Origin: Eledone cirrhosa
Taxonomy: Eukaryota
Reading direction: 5' to 3'
Assembly: GCA_964016885.1 (NCBI GenBank)
Contig: OZ024740.1
Span: 398,288,001 to 398,352,000 of the forward strand
DNA length: 64,000 bases
Shown: positions 61,001-64,000 of the stretch, one piece after another
Layout of the letters: each line of letters opens with the position of its first letter
Numbering within the stretch: position 1 is the stretch's first letter
Translations under genes and position numbers: made by a program
The notes under the pieces: model-generated
What the model saw: the letters and a program-made list of their open reading frames with translations, nothing else
The model's database searches: none
Told to the model about the DNA's origin: nothing

Positions 61001-64000
61001 GTCATATAATATCACTCAGACTGTCATATAGTATCACTCAGACTGTCCTATAGTATCACTCAGACTGTCATATTGTATCATTCAGACTGTCATATAGTAT
61101 CACTCAGACTGTCATATAGTATCACTCAGACTGTCATATAGTATCACTCAGACTGTCATATTGTATCACTCAGACTGTCATATAGTATCTCTCAGACTGT
61201 CATATTGTATCATTCAGACTGTCATATTGTATCGCTCAGACTGTCATATTGTATCACCCAGACTGTTATATTGTATCACTCAGACTGTCATATTGTATCA
61301 CTCAGAATGTCGTATAGTATCACTCAGACTGTCATATAGTATCACTCAGACTGTCATATAGTATCACTCAGAATGTCGTATTTTATCACCCAGACTGTCA
61401 TATAGTATCACTCAGACTGTCATATAGTATCACTCAGACTGTCATATAGTATCACTCAGACTGTCATATTGTATCACTCAGACTGTCGTATAGTTTCACT
61501 CAGACTGTCATATAGTATCACTCAGACTGTCATATAGTATCACTCAGACTGTCATATTGTATCACTCAGACTGTCATATAGTATCACTCAGATTGTCATA
61601 TAGTATCACTCAGACTGTCATATTGTATCATTCAGACTGTCATATAGTATCACTCAGACTGTCATATTGTATCTCTCAGACTGTCATAAAGTATCACTCA
61701 GACTGTCATATTGTATCTCTCAGACTGTCATATAGTATCCCTCAGACGGTCATATTGTATCACTCAGACTGTCATATAGTATCATTCAGACTGTCATATT
61801 GTATCACTCAGACTCAAATATAGTATCATTCAGACTGTCATTTTGTATCACTCAGACTGTCGTATGGTATCTCTCACACTGTCATATAGTATCATTCAGA
61901 CTGTCATATTGTATCACTCAGACTGTCATATAGTATCTCTCAGATTGTCGTATAGTATCACTCAGACTGTCATATAGTATCACTCAGACTGTCATATAGT
62001 ATCACGCAGACTGTCATATTGTATCATTCAGACTGTCATATAGTATCACTCAGACTGTCATATCGTATCACCCAGACTGTCATATTGTATCACTCAGACT
62101 GTCATATAGTATCATTCAGACTGTCATATAGCATCACTCAGACTGTCATATATTATCACCCAGACTGTCATATTGTATCACTCAGACTGTCATATTGTAT
62201 CATTCAGACTGTCATATTGTATCACTCAGACTGTCATATAGTATCACTCAGACTGTCATATAGTATCACTCAGACTGTCATATTGTATCATTCAGACTGT
62301 CATATAGTATCACTCAGACTGTCATATAGTATCACCCAGACTGTCATATTGTATCATTCAGACTGTCATATAATATCACTCAGACTGTCATATAGTATCA
62401 CTCAGACTGTCCTATAGTATCACTCAGACTGTCATATTGTATCATACAGACTGTCATATAGTATCACTCAGACTGTCATATAGTATCACTCAGACTGTCA
62501 TATAGTATCACTCAGACTGTCGTATTGTATCACTCAGACTGTCATATTGTATCACTCAGACTGTCATATGGTATCACTCAGACTGTCATATTGTATCACT
62601 CAGACTGTCATATAGTATCACTCAGACTGTCATATTGTATCTCTCAGTCTTTCATATTGTATCACTCAGACTGTCATATTGTATCACTCAGACTGTCATA
62701 TTGTATCATTCAGGCTGTCATATTGTATCATTCAGACTGTCATATTGTATCACTCAGACTGTCATATAGTATCACTCAGACTGTCATATAGTATCACTCA
62801 GACTGTCATATTGTATCATTCAGACTGTCATATTGTATCACTCAGACTGTCATATGGAATCACTCAGACTGTCATATTGTATCACTCAGACTGTCATATT
62901 GTATCATTCAGACTGTCATATAGTATCACTCAGACTGTCATATAGTATCACTCAGACTGTCATATAGTATCACTCAGACTGTCATATAGTATCACTCAGA
63001 CTGTCGTATTGTATCACTCAGACTGTCATATTGTATCACTCAGACTGTCATATGGTATCACTCAGACTGTCATATTGTATCACTCAGACTGTCATATTGT
63101 ATCACTCAGACTGTCATATTGTATCACTCAGACTGTCATATAGTATCACTCAGACTGTCATATAGTATCACTCAGACTGTCATATAGTATCACTCAGACT
63201 GTCATATAGTATCACTCAGACTGTCATATTGTATCACTCAGACTGTCATATAGTATCACTCAGACTGTCATATAGTATCACTCAGACTGTCATATTGTAT
63301 CATTCAGACTGTCATATTGTATCACTCAGCCTGTCATATGGTATCACTCAGACTGTCATATTGTATCACTCAGACTGTCATATTGTATCACTCAGACTGT
63401 CATATAGTATCACTCAGACTGTCATATAGTATCACTCAGACTGTCATATAGTATCACTCAGACTGTCATATAGTATCACTCAGACTGTCGTATTGTATCA
63501 CTCAGACTGTCATATTGTATCACTCAGACTGTCATATTGTATCACTCAGACTGTCATATAGTATCACTCAGACTGTCATATAGTATCACTCAGACTGTCG
63601 TATTGTATCACTCAGACTGTCATATTGTATCACTCAGACTGTCATATTGTATCACTCAGACTGTCATATAGTATCACTCAGACTGTCATATAGTATCACT
63701 CAGACGGTCATATTGTATCACTCTGACTGTCATATAGTATCACTCAGACTGTCATATAGTATCACTCAGACTGTCATATTGTATCACTCAGACTGTCATA
63801 TAGTATCACTCAGACTGTCATATAGCATCACTCAGACTGTCATATAGTATCACCCACACTGTCATATTGTATCACTCAGACTGTCATATTGTATCATTCA
63901 GACTGTCATATTGTATCACTCAGACTGTCATATAGTATCACTCAGACTGTCATATAGTATCACTCAGACTGTCATATTGTATCATTCAGACTGTCATATA
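58065..64000. repeat. 3036-bp (138-monomer) tandem duplication, shifting to 3058 bp near the window end
   Basis: Offsets 58521/61557, 58983/62019, 60193/63229 = 3036; marker CAGACGGT 60643/63701 = 3058. Shared private variants GTTTCACT, ATCCCTCAGACGG and TGGAATCA. Confidence 0.92.

Larger units (their letters stand above)
1..64000. repeat. 22-bp tandem satellite array, consensus GTATCACTCAGACTGTCATAT(A/T), ~2,916 head-to-tail monomers, extending beyond both window ends
   Basis: The monomer is read directly throughout. First GTATCAC starts at 3, last monomer at 63979; the difference 63976 = 2908x22, and the indels I counted (26x-6, 3x+1, 1x-1 = -154 = -7x22) reconcile with that phase. No non-repeat stretch or inverted monomer seen. 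Confidence 0.99.

Noticed and set aside
837-63847. Many plus-strand ORFs of 64-176 aa encoding YHSDCHIVSLRLSYSITQTVIL repeats
   Set aside because: Three monomers give 66 bp, so all frames read the same peptide; starts are mostly the repeat's TTG and ends its TAG; overlapping ORFs in different frames, no unique domain, no codon-level periodicity in variation.
1-64000. CRISPR array
   Set aside because: Repeats abut with no unique spacers, no leader and no cas genes.
1-64000. Telomerase-made long telomeric repeat like the 23-25 bp units of some yeasts
   Set aside because: No G-run core, and kilobase-scale duplicated variant patterns indicate recombinational amplification rather than copying from one template.
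1-64000. Plasmid iterons (22-bp iterons exist, e.g. R6K) or parC-like centromere repeats
   Set aside because: Those have few copies beside rep/par genes; here there are ~2,900 copies and no genes.
1-64000. Rolling-circle or amplification concatemer, or synthetic construct
   Set aside because: Rare variants recur in conserved order at several nested periods with graded divergence, which random polymerase or sequencing error would not produce. Individual near-perfect duplications could still be assembly artefacts.
1-64000. Structured RNA, terminators, G-quadruplex or bent A-tract DNA
   Set aside because: Dyads have only 3-bp arms; no G-runs, poly-T tails or A-tracts in the consensus.

Overview
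The whole 64-kb window is one uninterrupted, single-orientation tandem array of a 22-bp monomer, consensus GTATCACTCAGACTGTCATATW (W = A or T; 8/22 GC), about 2,916 copies, running off both ends. I see no genes, RNA genes, transposons, CRISPR spacers or unique sequence. All listed ORFs are artefacts: 22 is not a multiple of 3, so every frame yields the same 22-aa repeat, closed only when the A allele makes TAG. The real information is in the order of variant monomers, which shows nested higher-order repeats (308, 2134/2178, 3762/3476/3608, 6270, 2223, 3081, 10293, ~2182, 1006, 2771, 2792 and 3036 bp), three interleaved subfamily types, and very few indels (26 copies of one 6-bp deletion, three copies of one +1 insertion, one -1 deletion). 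It is most consistent with a eukaryotic satellite DNA block; the host cannot be identified from the sequence. I found no protein-coding or RNA-based novel system, and the functional ideas below are labelled as inference.
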